A stretch of DNA of 45,196 bases from a virus. Taxonomy: Duplodnaviria > Caudoviricetes. Location: IMG/VR virus record IMGVR_UViG_3300025018_000029, positions 1 through 45,196 of that record. One strand, 5' to 3'. This document shows positions 1 to 9,813 of the stretch, piece by piece. Position 1 is the stretch's first letter. Each line of letters begins with the position of its first letter. The notes beneath the pieces are model-generated. The model worked only from the letters and a program-made list of their open reading frames with translations. It ran no database searches and had not been told where the DNA came from. The translations under genes were made by a program, and so were the position numbers.

Positions 1-127
1 ATGCTCGCCAAGATGATCTGGCCGGTGGACGCCCTCAAGCAGCTCGACTTCCCAAGGTGGCGCAAGGGGTCTCTCCCCGGCCAGATGATCGGGGCGCACA
101 AGCTGGAGGCGTGGGGCTACCGTCTGG
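1..127. repeat. Exact 127-bp end overlap with 45070-45196 (assembly circularisation, not the phage terminal repeat)
   Basis: The sequence is identical at both ends and lies inside the polymerase ORF; 127 is a common assembler k-mer length. Confidence 0.95.
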
Positions 128-1980
128 GCCTTCAGAAGGGTGAGTATTCCGCCAAGGTGAAGGAGCTGAACAAGCTCTACCAGGCGTCAGGTCACGACAA
201 GTCCGTTGTGCCAGAGGAGTATCATCCCCTCTTCACCGTAGACGACAAGGGTGCTCCCAAGCTCTACGAGTGGGCCGCGTGGTGCAAGCCCATGCAGGAC
301 TACTGCGTGGTGGACGTTGAGGTCACCGAGAAGCTGCTCTCCCTCGTGGAGGCGCACCTCAATGGTTCCGCCAAGGCCGCCCATGGGATCGGCTGGAGCC
401 CACGCTCGGTGAAGCTCGAAGCCGACATGTGGGTGGAATGCTTGGGCATTGAGAAGCGCGGCTATGGGTATGACCTGGAGACTGCCATTGGTCTGACCTC
501 CAAGCTCAAGACCCGTCAGGCCGAGCTGGAGAAGGAACTCAAAGCTGCCTTCGGTGCGTGGTGGCAACCGTTGGACGACATCAAGACGGGCATCAAGCCG
601 GCCAGAGATTATTCAGAGGTCCGCACCGACCTTCCGAGCGTTACCTTGCGCCGCTTCTCCGAGAAGACCGGCAAGGAACTGAAGCCGTATGTGGGACCAC
701 CGAAGGCCCACTACTCTACGGACGCAGCACATGTCCGCATCAAGTGGACCGAGTTCAACCCGAAGTCGCGGCAACATCTGGGGGATCGACTCCAGGCCGT
801 CTTCGGGTGGACCCCATCTGAGTACGGTGGGGCGAATGGGGACCAAGCCAAGGTGGATGAAACCACCATCAAGGGTATCCCAAATACCGTCATTCCCGAG
901 ACCCTGAAGGCCGTGGTGCTGGAATACCTTGTGGTGTCCAAGACGCTCGGCCAGATGGCGGACGGACGGAAGAGCTGGAACGATTTGTGTGCAGAGGATG
1001 GTCGTCTCCACGGACGCATCGACCCTCTCGGTACCGTGTCGCACCGAGGCGCACACAACAACCCGAACCTGGGCCAAGTCCCTTCGGTCTCCGTAAAGGA
1101 AACCAAGGACGCTGACGGCAAGGTGGTCTCCAAGGAGATTATCTACGGTTGGCATGGCGGGTTTGGAGCGGAATGCCGCTCGCTCTTCCGTCCCGGAACA
1201 CCCGGATGGGTACAGACTGGTTCCGATGCGTCGGGCTTGGAGCTACGCCTACTCGGCCACTACCTGTGGGACTACGATGGTGGGGAGTTTGCCCGAAGGG
1301 TATCTACCCCAGGTCTCGACATCCACGCGGAGAATGGCAAGCTGACCGGCCTGTCCCGTGCGGAAACCAAGACGGCCACCTACGCTTTCCTCTATGGCGC
1401 TGGGAACCTAAACCTTGGGATGCAGGTCGGTGTAGACCCCGAGGATGTCGAGAAGCTGGCCGATCACGCCGACGCAAAGCGGTACGTCCAGTGGGCCAAG
1501 AAGACGATCCCCAACTTCGTCACCCCCGACCGTCAGACCATGGCGTTCATCACCAAGGGCGCTGACGTAAAGCGGCGCTTCATGTCCGGTATTACTGGCC
1601 TGAAGGACCTCCAAGCGGCAGTTGTCTCCGAGGGCAAGCAGTTCGGCTTCATCATCGCTCTCGACGGCCGGAAGCTCTCCATCCGCAAGGCCCATGCCTC
1701 CCTCAACCAGCTACTCCAAGGCGGCGGCTCCATCGTCTGCAAGAAGTGGCTGCTGGAGACCAAGGCCTACTTGGCGGAGCGCGGACTGTTCCCTGACGTG
1801 GACTTCGGCCTGATGGGTTGGGTCCACGATGAAGGGGGCTACGAGCATCGGGACGGCCTCCAGGCCATCATTGCGGAGGCTTCGGCTGAAGGGATGAGGA
1901 GAACGGCAGAGTACTACAACTTCCGGGGTGAACTGGCGGTCGATACCAAGCATGGCCTCACCTGGCTGGACACACACTGA
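1..1980 (+). CDS. Family A DNA polymerase (T7 gp5-like), C-terminal part; continues from 44731 across the contig overlap
   Basis: Motif A SDASGLELR, motif B KTATYAFLYG, motif C WVHDE, HNNPNLGQVP; thumb insert ending FNPKSRQHL as in T7 gp5. Confidence 0.97.
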   Translation: MLAKMIWPVDALKQLDFPRWRKGSLPGQMIGAHKLEAWGYRLGLQKGEYSAKVKELNKLYQASGHDKSVVPEEYHPLFTVDDKGAPKLYEWAAWCKPMQDYCVVDVEVTEKLLSLVEAHLNGSAKAAHGIGWSPRSVKLEADMWVECLGIEKRGYGYDLETAIGLTSKLKTRQAELEKELKAAFGAWWQPLDDIKTGIKPARDYSEVRTDLPSVTLRRFSEKTGKELKPYVGPPKAHYSTDAAHVRIKWTEFNPKSRQHLGDRLQAVFGWTPSEYGGANGDQAKVDETTIKGIPNTVIPETLKAVVLEYLVVSKTLGQMADGRKSWNDLCAEDGRLHGRIDPLGTVSHRGAHNNPNLGQVPSVSVKETKDADGKVVSKEIIYGWHGGFGAECRSLFRPGTPGWVQTGSDASGLELRLLGHYLWDYDGGEFARRVSTPGLDIHAENGKLTGLSRAETKTATYAFLYGAGNLNLGMQVGVDPEDVEKLADHADAKRYVQWAKKTIPNFVTPDRQTMAFITKGADVKRRFMSGITGLKDLQAAVVSEGKQFGFIIALDGRKLSIRKAHASLNQLLQGGGSIVCKKWLLETKAYLAERGLFPDVDFGLMGWVHDEGGYEHRDGLQAIIAEASAEGMRRTAEYYNFRGELAVDTKHGLTWLDTH

Positions 1981-2408
1981 TGGGTAAGGCCCGTCCAATG
2001 TGGTTCGTCCAGATGGAGTCCGGCTGCATCGTCTGCCTTTCTCATCTCCTCAATGCGGATGGCTACCTAAGGAAAACCTGGGGCTCCATCGACGGGGGAA
2101 GAGTGGCGGAGATGTTCCACCGCTTCATCTACCGGGCACATAAGGGGCCCATACCGGAAGGCCACGAGGTGGATCATACCTGCCGGAACCGGGCCTGCTG
2201 TAACCCAGACCACCTAAGCGCACTCGATGGTGCACTACACGCCATCAAGACCAACCAAGAGCGGTACGCCACACGGCTGGCCGCTGCCAAGGACTACTGG
2301 CTCCATCACCGACCCTCCGGCACCAAGTTAGGCGAACTCTTCGGGGTCTCGTTTAGCGCCGCCTGTGGGTGGGTGCGCCAGTGGAAGGCAGAGGTAGCCC
2401 TCGCCTAG
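1980..2408 (+). CDS. HNH homing endonuclease
   Basis: HRFIY...GPIPEGHEVDHTCRNRACCNPDHL motif, C-terminal HTH-like segment, directly after the DNA polymerase gene. Confidence 0.9.
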   Translation: MGKARPMWFVQMESGCIVCLSHLLNADGYLRKTWGSIDGGRVAEMFHRFIYRAHKGPIPEGHEVDHTCRNRACCNPDHLSALDGALHAIKTNQERYATRLAAAKDYWLHHRPSGTKLGELFGVSFSAACGWVRQWKAEVALA

Positions 2409-2444
2409 ACACCACAACCTTCTTCACAACTGAAAGGACTACCT

Positions 2445-2813
2445 ATGACCCTGCACATGGGCAATGACTACTTCGTGCCGTTCTCGATCCCCCAGACCGA
2501 ACTGCTCGCCGGCACCACCATTGAGGTCGTCGCCCCAGTGGATGGCTTCGTTAATGAAATCCTCGGCGTGGTCCAGGCTGACGTTACCACTGGCGGTGTC
2601 ATCTCGGTGAAGATTGGGACAGTCGATGTGACCGGCCTTGCGCTGACCGTTGCGGACGCTGCCACCAAGGGCACCACCTACAGCGACGAAGCGACCCAGC
2701 CTTCCGCCGTCCGCAAGGTTGCCAAAGGTGACCGCATCCAGGTCGTGCCGGCTGCCGAGTTCGCCACCGCTGGCGCCATCAACGGCCTGCTCCGCATCAA
2801 CACCGGCAAGTAG
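2445..2813 (+). CDS. Hypothetical beta-rich protein, possibly a virion decoration protein
   Basis: Strong RBS (AAAGGA); Val/Thr/Gly/Ala-rich alternating beta-strand pattern; function is inference only. Confidence 0.6.
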   Translation: MTLHMGNDYFVPFSIPQTELLAGTTIEVVAPVDGFVNEILGVVQADVTTGGVISVKIGTVDVTGLALTVADAATKGTTYSDEATQPSAVRKVAKGDRIQVVPAAEFATAGAINGLLRINTGK

Positions 2814-2816
2814 ACC

Positions 2817-3077
2817 ATGGGGGGAAGGTCACGCGCTGTGGCCGGGACTGGCTACCTCGGTCCCATCCCTACCCAAGTGTGGGAAGTCCTCACCAAGGCA
2901 TGGGAGTCCCCCATTTACCTGGCCTCCAACTACGCAAGGGAGGAGGCGATCAGCGTCTCCTTTGCGGCGTCCATGGGCTGGGTGACCACCATAGCGCCAG
3001 ATGGGAAGAGCTACTCCCGCCAGTGGCACATCACCAAGGAGGGTCTTCTGGCCCTCGAAACCTCAACCAAGCTGTAA
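2817..3077 (+). CDS. T7 gp5.7-like host RNA polymerase inhibitor
   Basis: SNYARE...AASMGWVT...WHITKEG resembles recalled T7 gp5.7 (SNYVRN...AASRGHIS...WEITASG); same position between polymerase and exonuclease. Confidence 0.75.
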   Translation: MGGRSRAVAGTGYLGPIPTQVWEVLTKAWESPIYLASNYAREEAISVSFAASMGWVTTIAPDGKSYSRQWHITKEGLLALETSTKL

Positions 3078-3086
3078 GGAGCCTCC

Positions 3087-3359
3087 ATGGCCCTCTTCGT
3101 CACTGCTGCCCTCGTCGTTATCCTTGCCATCTCCACCGCCGTCTTCATCGTCATCGACCTGTTCAACTACGAGCCGTCGAGATGCCCCAACTGGTTCAAC
3201 CGCCTCATCGTGGTTCTTGTCCTCCCGCTGGTCATCGCCGGCAACACCTGCTTCCTCCTGTACTACCTGGTGTCCACCCTCAACATCTTCACGGCATACG
3301 ATATGTCCTACGATGGCCTGTGGGGCGACATCGTGAGCTGCTGGCACGAGGGTTACTGA
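3087..3359 (+). CDS. Small membrane protein (2 hydrophobic segments)
   Basis: RBS AAGGAG; two long hydrophobic stretches. Confidence 0.7.
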   Translation: MALFVTAALVVILAISTAVFIVIDLFNYEPSRCPNWFNRLIVVLVLPLVIAGNTCFLLYYLVSTLNIFTAYDMSYDGLWGDIVSCWHEGY

Positions 3360-3365
3360 CCCACC

Positions 3366-4223
3366 ATGGCACAGCGCACCATCCTCGTGGACGGGGACAC
3401 CATTGCCTTCGTCGCAGCGGCGGCCTCTCAGAACACCATCGAAACCGAGACAGGGTTTGTGGAGCCGTTCGCCCGTAGGGTGGAAGGCGAGGCTATTGTC
3501 GATAACACGATCCACTGGCTGATGACCAAGCTCGGCGCCACAGACATGAAGGTGTTCCTCTCGTGTCCCGGCGCCGAGAACTGGCGTCTCAGTGTCGATC
3601 CCAACTACAAGTCGAACCGCAAGGCATCCGTGCGGCCGCTCCTGCTCCAGCCCCTCAAGGAATACCTGAGGCAGAAGTACGGTGCCGAGCACTACGCCTA
3701 CATCGAGGCGGACGACGCTCTGGGCATCTTCGCCACCTCCGAGACCCTCATCCCCGGCGAGAAGATCGTGGTGGGACGGGACAAGGACTTCGCCACCATC
3801 CCCGGTCTCCACTTCCAGCTCCGTGATGTGGACGCCGACAAGAACCCCATCGTGCGTTCCATCACGCCACTGGAAGCCCGCCTGAACCACTACGTCCAAG
3901 CCCTCGCTGGTGACGCTGTGGATGGCTTCCCCGGCTGCCCCGGTATCGGCATGACGCGGGCTCGGGACATCGTGGACAACCCTGACCGTCTGGTCCCCAA
4001 GGCCGGCGTCATCACCCGAGGCAAGAACAAGGGCGAGGAGGTCATCAAGTGGCATTCCGCTGGGCCCTGCTCCGTGTGGGAGGCCATCGTGTGCCGCTAC
4101 GACAAGGCCGGCCTCACCGAGATGGACGCCATCCGAACCGCCCGCTTGGCCAAGATACTTCTGGCCGAGGACTACAACATGGACACCCATGAGGTTCGCC
4201 TCTGGGTCCCGCAACCCACCTAA
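3366..4223 (+). CDS. 5'-3' exonuclease (T7 gp6-like)
   Basis: LVDGD, YKSNRK, EADD, DKD and GDAVDGFPGCPGIG motifs. Confidence 0.95.
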   Translation: MAQRTILVDGDTIAFVAAAASQNTIETETGFVEPFARRVEGEAIVDNTIHWLMTKLGATDMKVFLSCPGAENWRLSVDPNYKSNRKASVRPLLLQPLKEYLRQKYGAEHYAYIEADDALGIFATSETLIPGEKIVVGRDKDFATIPGLHFQLRDVDADKNPIVRSITPLEARLNHYVQALAGDAVDGFPGCPGIGMTRARDIVDNPDRLVPKAGVITRGKNKGEEVIKWHSAGPCSVWEAIVCRYDKAGLTEMDAIRTARLAKILLAEDYNMDTHEVRLWVPQPT

Positions 4224-4235
4224 AGGACCACCACC

Positions 4236-4406
4236 ATGCACATCATCTGGGCCATCGTCGCGGCTGGCCTCATCCTGCTCAACGTGGCGGGCTACATCGC
4301 CATCTCGTGGTGGATCATCGCTGCCATCGTCATCGCCATCCCGGTCGGCGTCTGGCTGTTCTTCATGGCGTGGCTGTTGGCTGCCATGTGGTGGGCCTTC
4401 AAATGA
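4236..4406 (+). CDS. Small hydrophobic membrane protein (56 aa, not in ORF track)
   Basis: RBS AAAGGA; translates MHIIWAIVAAGLILLNVAG...MWWAFK; stop overlaps the next ATG. Confidence 0.7.
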   Translation: MHIIWAIVAAGLILLNVAGYIAISWWIIAAIVIAIPVGVWLFFMAWLLAAMWWAFK

Positions 4407-4597
4407 GCAGCCGGGCAGCCGACTTTGGACGGAGCCTAGCGGACGACATCCAGTCCATCCGCCAGCGTGTTGAGCGTGTGGCTCGGGGCCGGGTGAGAAT
4501 GGTGGACATCGACATCACCGCAAGTCTCCGCATTGTGGAGACACTCGATGCTCTAGCCACCGATGTCACCTCCGCCATCATCCCAGCCACGGAGTGA
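4403..4597 (+). CDS. Hypothetical protein
   Basis: ATGA coupling to the upstream ORF; fills the gap. Confidence 0.6.
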   Translation: MSSRAADFGRSLADDIQSIRQRVERVARGRVRMVDIDITASLRIVETLDALATDVTSAIIPATE

Positions 4598-4601
4598 CCC
4601 C

Positions 4602-5048
4602 TTGGTAACCTACCTGAACGACTCCCGCCACGGGACCATCATCTTCGAGGGCGATGCCCCCACTGTGGGCGACCTGCTCCACTACAACGACCTCACCAAG
4701 TGGCAGCGTGAGGTGGTCGAGAGCTTCCTTGGTGCCGACGATGATGCCGAGAAGCTCACCAATACCATCACCAAGATCAAGCGGCACATCGCGCTGCTGA
4801 TCGGCGCCGACTGGAAGCCAAACCGTGCGGCCGGCGACAACGTGACCCGCCCAAGCCACTACGACCGCTTCCCCATCGAGCCAACCTTCTATGCCCAGAT
4901 GGTGGGACTGGATTGGTGCCGGGGGAACGCCCTCAAGTACCTCTTCCGGTACCCGTTCAAGAACGGCCTGGAGGACCTCAACAAGGCAGCCCGCTACATC
5001 GAGATGTACGTCAAGTACCTCGACGGCGACCCAGAGTGGAGCAAATAG
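4602..5048 (+). CDS. DUF3310 / T7 gp1.7-like nucleotide kinase domain protein
   Basis: DNVTRPSHY...GNALKYLFRYPFKNGLEDLNKAARY signature; TTG start after GGAG is uncertain. Confidence 0.8.
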   Translation: MVTYLNDSRHGTIIFEGDAPTVGDLLHYNDLTKWQREVVESFLGADDDAEKLTNTITKIKRHIALLIGADWKPNRAAGDNVTRPSHYDRFPIEPTFYAQMVGLDWCRGNALKYLFRYPFKNGLEDLNKAARYIEMYVKYLDGDPEWSK

Positions 5049-5315
5049 ATGGCCACGAACCGTCCCCGCCCGAACTTCAAGCGGACACAGGGCCCCGGCG
5101 AGAGGCCACCCAACCTCATCCCCAACGTCACCCTCAACACGGCGTCGGCCATTCGGGACTACCTGAAGGACAACTTCCAGCCGTCCTGTGTGGGCCAGCA
5201 CGAGCGGGAGGTGGATGCCCATCGTCGGGCCGGAGAGGTTGGGCTCGCCCAGCGCCTCATCGCCACCATCGAGTACGCTCAGGAGCGGCCCGACCCCGAG
5301 ACTGTGGAGGAATAG
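5049..5315 (+). CDS. Hypothetical protein (gp6.5 position)
   Basis: Contiguous ORF in the pre-portal cluster. Confidence 0.65.
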   Translation: MATNRPRPNFKRTQGPGERPPNLIPNVTLNTASAIRDYLKDNFQPSCVGQHEREVDAHRRAGEVGLAQRLIATIEYAQERPDPETVEE

Positions 5316-5317
5316 CC

Positions 5318-5491
5318 ATGTGCTTCTCTGGGGGCCAACCCAAGGCCCCAATCAACAAGCCGACCTATGCCCCCGACCAAGCCTCCGACTACTTCGATGT
5401 CACCATGGAGGATGAGGAGGACGGCAAGGTCAAGTCAATCAGCAAGCGAACCGCCCAGCAGAACAAAGACGCTACGGCCGGTCGCACATAA
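5318..5491 (+). CDS. Small virion protein, gp6.7-like
   Basis: RBS GGAGG; N-terminus MCFSGGQPK resembles T7 gp6.7 (MCFSPK); pre-portal position. Confidence 0.6.
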   Translation: MCFSGGQPKAPINKPTYAPDQASDYFDVTMEDEEDGKVKSISKRTAQQNKDATAGRT

Positions 5492-5502
5492 AGGAGAACC
5501 AT

Positions 5503-5736
5503 ATGTGTTTCTTTGGTGGGGGTGGCGGCAGCGCCGCCCAATCGCAGCCTGAGACACCGGCCGCATCGCCGGCAGCCCCTCTAGCAGCGGCAGACGCCCC
5601 CAAGGTGGGTCAGACCCGCCGTGACGAGAACCTCCGCAACTTCGGCACCGAGGATGGACCCAACTACCGTGTCCGCTCCGGCAGCACCGAGGAGGAGGAC
5701 TACCGAGTGGCCGATAAGGCCGGCATCCAGATGTAG
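5503..5736 (+). CDS. Small virion protein, gp6.7/gp7.3-like
   Basis: RBS AAAGGAG; MCFFGGGG start, low complexity, immediately before the portal gene. Confidence 0.65.
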   Translation: MCFFGGGGGSAAQSQPETPAASPAAPLAAADAPKVGQTRRDENLRNFGTEDGPNYRVRSGSTEEEDYRVADKAGIQM

Positions 5737-5753
5737 TCCATAAGGACCCACCC

Positions 5754-7373
5754 ATGAAGAACGACCCTAACGGGACCGGACTTGGGGAGACGGCAGAGGA
5801 CTTCTACAACGCCCGCATCTCTGGCCGTAATGGCGCAGAGGAGAGAGCACGGCGGATGGCCGACTTGACCATCCCCACCGTCTTCCTCCCCGAGAACTGG
5901 CAAGAAGATGACGACATTGAGGTCACCAACCAGTCCACCAATGCCTTTTGCGTCAACTCCCTCTCCAACAAGCTGATGCTCGCAGCGCTCCCTCCGAACC
6001 TCCCCATGGCATCCTACACGCCCAAGGAAACGAGCATCAAGGACGACATCAAGAACGAGCCTGAGCTGTGGAGCCAGATGACCTACGCCCTGAGCCGGCG
6101 TGAAGAAGCCCACCGCCAGCGCCTCAAGCGCACCTCGGCCCGCGATGTCTACGCCAAGTCAATGCGGCTCTTCCTGGTCACCGGCAACGGCTGCACGATC
6201 TGGACCGACATCAACACCCCACGGACCTACGACCTGAACCACTACGTGTGCCTGCGTGATGCAGGTGGCCTACCTCTCGTGACCGTCCTCAGGGACTCCA
6301 TCACGGTGGCCGTGGCGGATGATGACGTGAAGCAGGCCATGCAGACAGCCCGAGCCGGCAAGACGAAGCCCGCCAAGTCCGAGTGGGAGGATGAGGTCAC
6401 CATCTACCACTGCCAGAAGCTCATCACAGACGATGCAGGCGAGCGGGAGTGGGTCTACTGGCAGGAGGTCGAGGGCGGCCACATCATCGCGGACACCGAG
6501 TCCTACTCACCGTTCGATGTCGCCCCCATGATGCCCGGCACAATGCTCCTGCCTCAGGGCGCCAACTGGGGCCTGCCCTACTGCGGTGACTACGAGGGCG
6601 ACCTCCAGGCTACCGAGAACTTCGCGGCTGCCCTTCAGGATGGCGCGGCTGCCTTGGCGTGGTTCCTCTTCTTCGTGGACCCCACCGGGCACACCAACAT
6701 CAAGGACGTGCAGGAGGCCGACACACTGGACGTTCTGTCCGGCCGTGCGGTTGACGTGACGACCCTCCAAGTCCCCAAGGGAGGTGACCTCAGTGTCGTC
6801 TCCAATGAGTACGAAAAGGCCGCCCGTCGCCTTGGCTATGCGTTCGCCATGCAGGCCGCCATCCAGCGGTCAGGTGAGCGTGTCACCGCCGAGGAGTGGA
6901 AGCGTATGGCCAACGAGCTGGACCAGGCAATGGGTGGGCTCTACACGAGCCTCGCACAGGGCTACCAGCGTTGGTACGTGCTCCGCTTCATCCACCTCCA
7001 CGAGCTTGAAGACAAGGACATGGCGGCCCTCCCAGAGGGGATGGTCGAGGTCGATGTCGTCACCGGGCTCGACAGCATCGGGCAGTCCACCGAGCACTCC
7101 AACCTCATGGACTGGGCTTCCGAGGGTCAACAAATCCTGACCCCTGAAGGCTTCGCCGCAAGCATCAACGGGGACGACTTCCTCCGGCGCACTGCGGCGC
7201 ACCGAGCGGTCAAGACTGAGGGTCTCGTCAAGACGCCCGACCAGTTGGCCTCGGAGAAGCAGGAGAAGGTCCAGCAGGAAGCTCAACGGACCATGCTCGA
7301 CAAGGCCACCGGCCCCCTCGCCGCTGCGGGTGGGGACCTCATGTCGCAAATGGCCCAGCAGCCACAACAGTAA
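5754..7373 (+). CDS. Portal (head-tail connector, gp8-like)
   Basis: VNSLSNKLMLAALPP and IQRSGERVTAEE motifs; 539 aa; synteny. Confidence 0.95.
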   Translation: MKNDPNGTGLGETAEDFYNARISGRNGAEERARRMADLTIPTVFLPENWQEDDDIEVTNQSTNAFCVNSLSNKLMLAALPPNLPMASYTPKETSIKDDIKNEPELWSQMTYALSRREEAHRQRLKRTSARDVYAKSMRLFLVTGNGCTIWTDINTPRTYDLNHYVCLRDAGGLPLVTVLRDSITVAVADDDVKQAMQTARAGKTKPAKSEWEDEVTIYHCQKLITDDAGEREWVYWQEVEGGHIIADTESYSPFDVAPMMPGTMLLPQGANWGLPYCGDYEGDLQATENFAAALQDGAAALAWFLFFVDPTGHTNIKDVQEADTLDVLSGRAVDVTTLQVPKGGDLSVVSNEYEKAARRLGYAFAMQAAIQRSGERVTAEEWKRMANELDQAMGGLYTSLAQGYQRWYVLRFIHLHELEDKDMAALPEGMVEVDVVTGLDSIGQSTEHSNLMDWASEGQQILTPEGFAASINGDDFLRRTAAHRAVKTEGLVKTPDQLASEKQEKVQQEAQRTMLDKATGPLAAAGGDLMSQMAQQPQQ

Positions 7374-7382
7374 GGAAATCCT

Positions 7383-8267
7383 ATGTCAGACGTAAACACC
7401 TCGGTCTCCTCCGAGGGCAGCATCTCCATCTCCATGGATGACAAGTCCATCGAGCAGGACAACGAGACGGGCATCGAGTCGATCCCCAGTGAAGGCCGCG
7501 TCCAGCTCAGTGCCGGCGAGCGGGATGACGAAGCGGAGGGCGACGAGGACATCACCCTTGGCGAGGACACCGAGGGCAGCGATGACGAAGGCGATGAAGG
7601 GGGAAATGAGCCTCCCGAAGACCTTGGTGAGTTCGACCCCGAGGACACCGAGAAGTGGGACGCCCAGTACAAGAACGAAGACGGCAAGCTGAACGAGCAG
7701 GCCCTCTCTGACGAGTTCTGGGCCAACGCTGACGGTGACGTTCCGGGCTCCCTGAATGAAGGCACCTACGCCTACCTGGAGAACATGGGCGTCTCCCGCG
7801 AGATGGCCAAGAACGTCGAGGCGGCTCTGGTCACCCAGCAGGACGCGGCCACCAACAAGAATGCCAAGCGGGACGACCCCCTGTTCGCTCTCGCTGGCAC
7901 CATTGCGGGTGATCCTGCCAAGGGTCCCGAAGTCCTCTCCGAGGCCCTCAAGTGGGGCAAGGAAGGCGGCTACACCGAGGCCCAGCAGAAGCGCTTCAAC
8001 GCCGTCCTCAAGGGCAGCGACGAGGATGCCCGTATGGAGGCCGTGGAGCTGTTGCTGACCCGTCACGCAGCCCAGAACGGAACGGCCACCCAGAAGCCAC
8101 GCCTGCCCAAGCGTGATGCCACCAAGGGCCGTGGCGCCCCGGCTGGTACCGGCCTCAAGAAGTTCGCCAACAAGGAGGAAGCCCGCGAGGCCAAACGTGC
8201 AGCCGGCACCGACCAGGTGGCCCGACAGCTCGTGGCGAAGCGCATGGCCCTCGGGTATGGCAGCTAA
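7383..8267 (+). CDS. Capsid scaffolding protein (gp9-like)
   Basis: Very acidic N-terminus, basic C-terminus, position between portal and capsid. Confidence 0.85.
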   Translation: MSDVNTSVSSEGSISISMDDKSIEQDNETGIESIPSEGRVQLSAGERDDEAEGDEDITLGEDTEGSDDEGDEGGNEPPEDLGEFDPEDTEKWDAQYKNEDGKLNEQALSDEFWANADGDVPGSLNEGTYAYLENMGVSREMAKNVEAALVTQQDAATNKNAKRDDPLFALAGTIAGDPAKGPEVLSEALKWGKEGGYTEAQQKRFNAVLKGSDEDARMEAVELLLTRHAAQNGTATQKPRLPKRDATKGRGAPAGTGLKKFANKEEAREAKRAAGTDQVARQLVAKRMALGYGS

Positions 8268-8815
8268 TGAGCCTCCTCACCTTCATTGGTGGCCTCTTCT
8301 CCGCCCCGGTCCTTGAGGTAGGCAAGTTCGTCTACTCCGAGGTCAAGGGCTACCTGGAGCGCCGCAACGTCCTGCGGGAAGCAGAGACCAGAAACCGACT
8401 GGCGGAACACGAGGCTCGCTCACAGTTGGCAGCCTACCGGATCGCTTCGGAGGTGGAGTGGGACCTCGCTTGGGCTGGACAAGCTCAGTCGAGTTGGAAG
8501 GATGAGTTCATCCTGATCCTCTGGTCCGTCCCGACCATCATCTTTATCCCATGCCTGTTTGTTCCACCGGCACGGGATTACGCCATGGAGACCCTTCAGT
8601 TCCTACAGACAGTGAACCCCAACATTGTCGAGTGGTACCTGAGCGGTTGGGCCATCATCTTTGCCGCCACGTTCGGCTTCAAGGGTGCTGTTCAATCCAT
8701 GGTGGGGGACCGTGCAGCAAAGGTGGCCAACGCCTTCGCCACCCTGCCGGACGACATCCCCAAGACCGCTGTGGAAGCAGCACAACAGGTCGTCAACACA
8801 GCGATCTTCAAGTAA
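8267..8815 (+). CDS. Putative holin (3TM / GTA-holin-like)
   Basis: Amphipathic N-terminus, coiled coil, SSWKDE followed by hydrophobic segments ending ATFGFK. Confidence 0.6.
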   Translation: MSLLTFIGGLFSAPVLEVGKFVYSEVKGYLERRNVLREAETRNRLAEHEARSQLAAYRIASEVEWDLAWAGQAQSSWKDEFILILWSVPTIIFIPCLFVPPARDYAMETLQFLQTVNPNIVEWYLSGWAIIFAATFGFKGAVQSMVGDRAAKVANAFATLPDDIPKTAVEAAQQVVNTAIFK

Positions 8816-8839
8816 CCGACTTCAACCCAAGGAGCCTCT

Positions 8840-9793
8840 ATGAGCGCTTATTCCGACTCCGTTTCTCGCCCCGGCCGCAAGTCCAACGCCGGTACCGATC
8901 CACGCGAACTGTTCATGGTGGACTTCGGGGACATGACCCTCGAAGCCTGGGAGCAGACCTTCGACTTCGCCAACGGCAAGACCTTCGTCAAGAACATCTC
9001 CTCCGGCAAGGCGGACACCTTCCCCATCATCGGCCGCAAGCGTGACGGCGTTGACCACATCCCCGGCGAAGTGATCCTGGGCGGCGGCGTTGAGCACAAC
9101 GAGGTGGAAATCTCGGTGGACAACATGACGGTGGACGCGGTGTTCATTGCCGAGATTGATGAGCTGCTGCTCCACTATGAACTGGCCCGTCCCTACGCCA
9201 AGCAGCTCGGTGAGAGCCTGGCCTCGGTGTCGAATGGTCGTATCGGCCGCTCGCTGGTCCTTGCTGGCCGCACCACGGATGCTCCCTATGAGGGCGGCCC
9301 CGTGCCCGGCTACTCGTTCCATGCGGACATGGCGACCGATCCCTCCAAGCTGGAAGACGCTGCGTTCGACGGCATCGAGTACATCCGCGTCAATGACGTT
9401 GGTGGTGGTCAGCCCGACTTCTGGCTCCCTTGGAAGCAGCAGCTCTTGCTGGCCCGCTACACCGGCATCGACACCGAGGCGACCTCCGGCGCGGGCAACC
9501 GTTCGGCGGGCACTGTGGGTCCGATGGCCGGCCTCTCGATCCGTGGCACCAACTCCATCCCGAACACCAACTACACGGCGGACTCCTTCGCCAAGTACAA
9601 TGGTGACTTCACGCCCACGGTCGGTGTGATTGCGAACGGCATGGCAGTCGGCACCCTGAAGCGTCGTGGCATGAAGGTCACGATGTCCCAGAAGGATGAC
9701 CGCCTGGGTACCCTGCTGATCGCCTCGCAGCTCGAAGGCCATGGCGCCCTGCGTCGTGAGTGCTCCTACGAGGTCCGCAAGACCGCCCGCTAG
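8840..9793 (+). CDS. Major capsid protein (gp10-like)
   Basis: KNISSGKADTFPIIGR, HIPGE, YAKQLGESLA, GHGALRREC motifs; strong RBS AAGGAG. Confidence 0.95.
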   Translation: MSAYSDSVSRPGRKSNAGTDPRELFMVDFGDMTLEAWEQTFDFANGKTFVKNISSGKADTFPIIGRKRDGVDHIPGEVILGGGVEHNEVEISVDNMTVDAVFIAEIDELLLHYELARPYAKQLGESLASVSNGRIGRSLVLAGRTTDAPYEGGPVPGYSFHADMATDPSKLEDAAFDGIEYIRVNDVGGGQPDFWLPWKQQLLLARYTGIDTEATSGAGNRSAGTVGPMAGLSIRGTNSIPNTNYTADSFAKYNGDFTPTVGVIANGMAVGTLKRRGMKVTMSQKDDRLGTLLIASQLEGHGALRRECSYEVRKTAR

Positions 9794-9813
9794 TCGCACA
9801 CTGAGTTGACCAG

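Noticed and set aside
9760-9800. T7 gp10B-type frameshift extension of the capsid protein
   Set aside because: No slippery sequence seen near the stop, and a terminator follows at once
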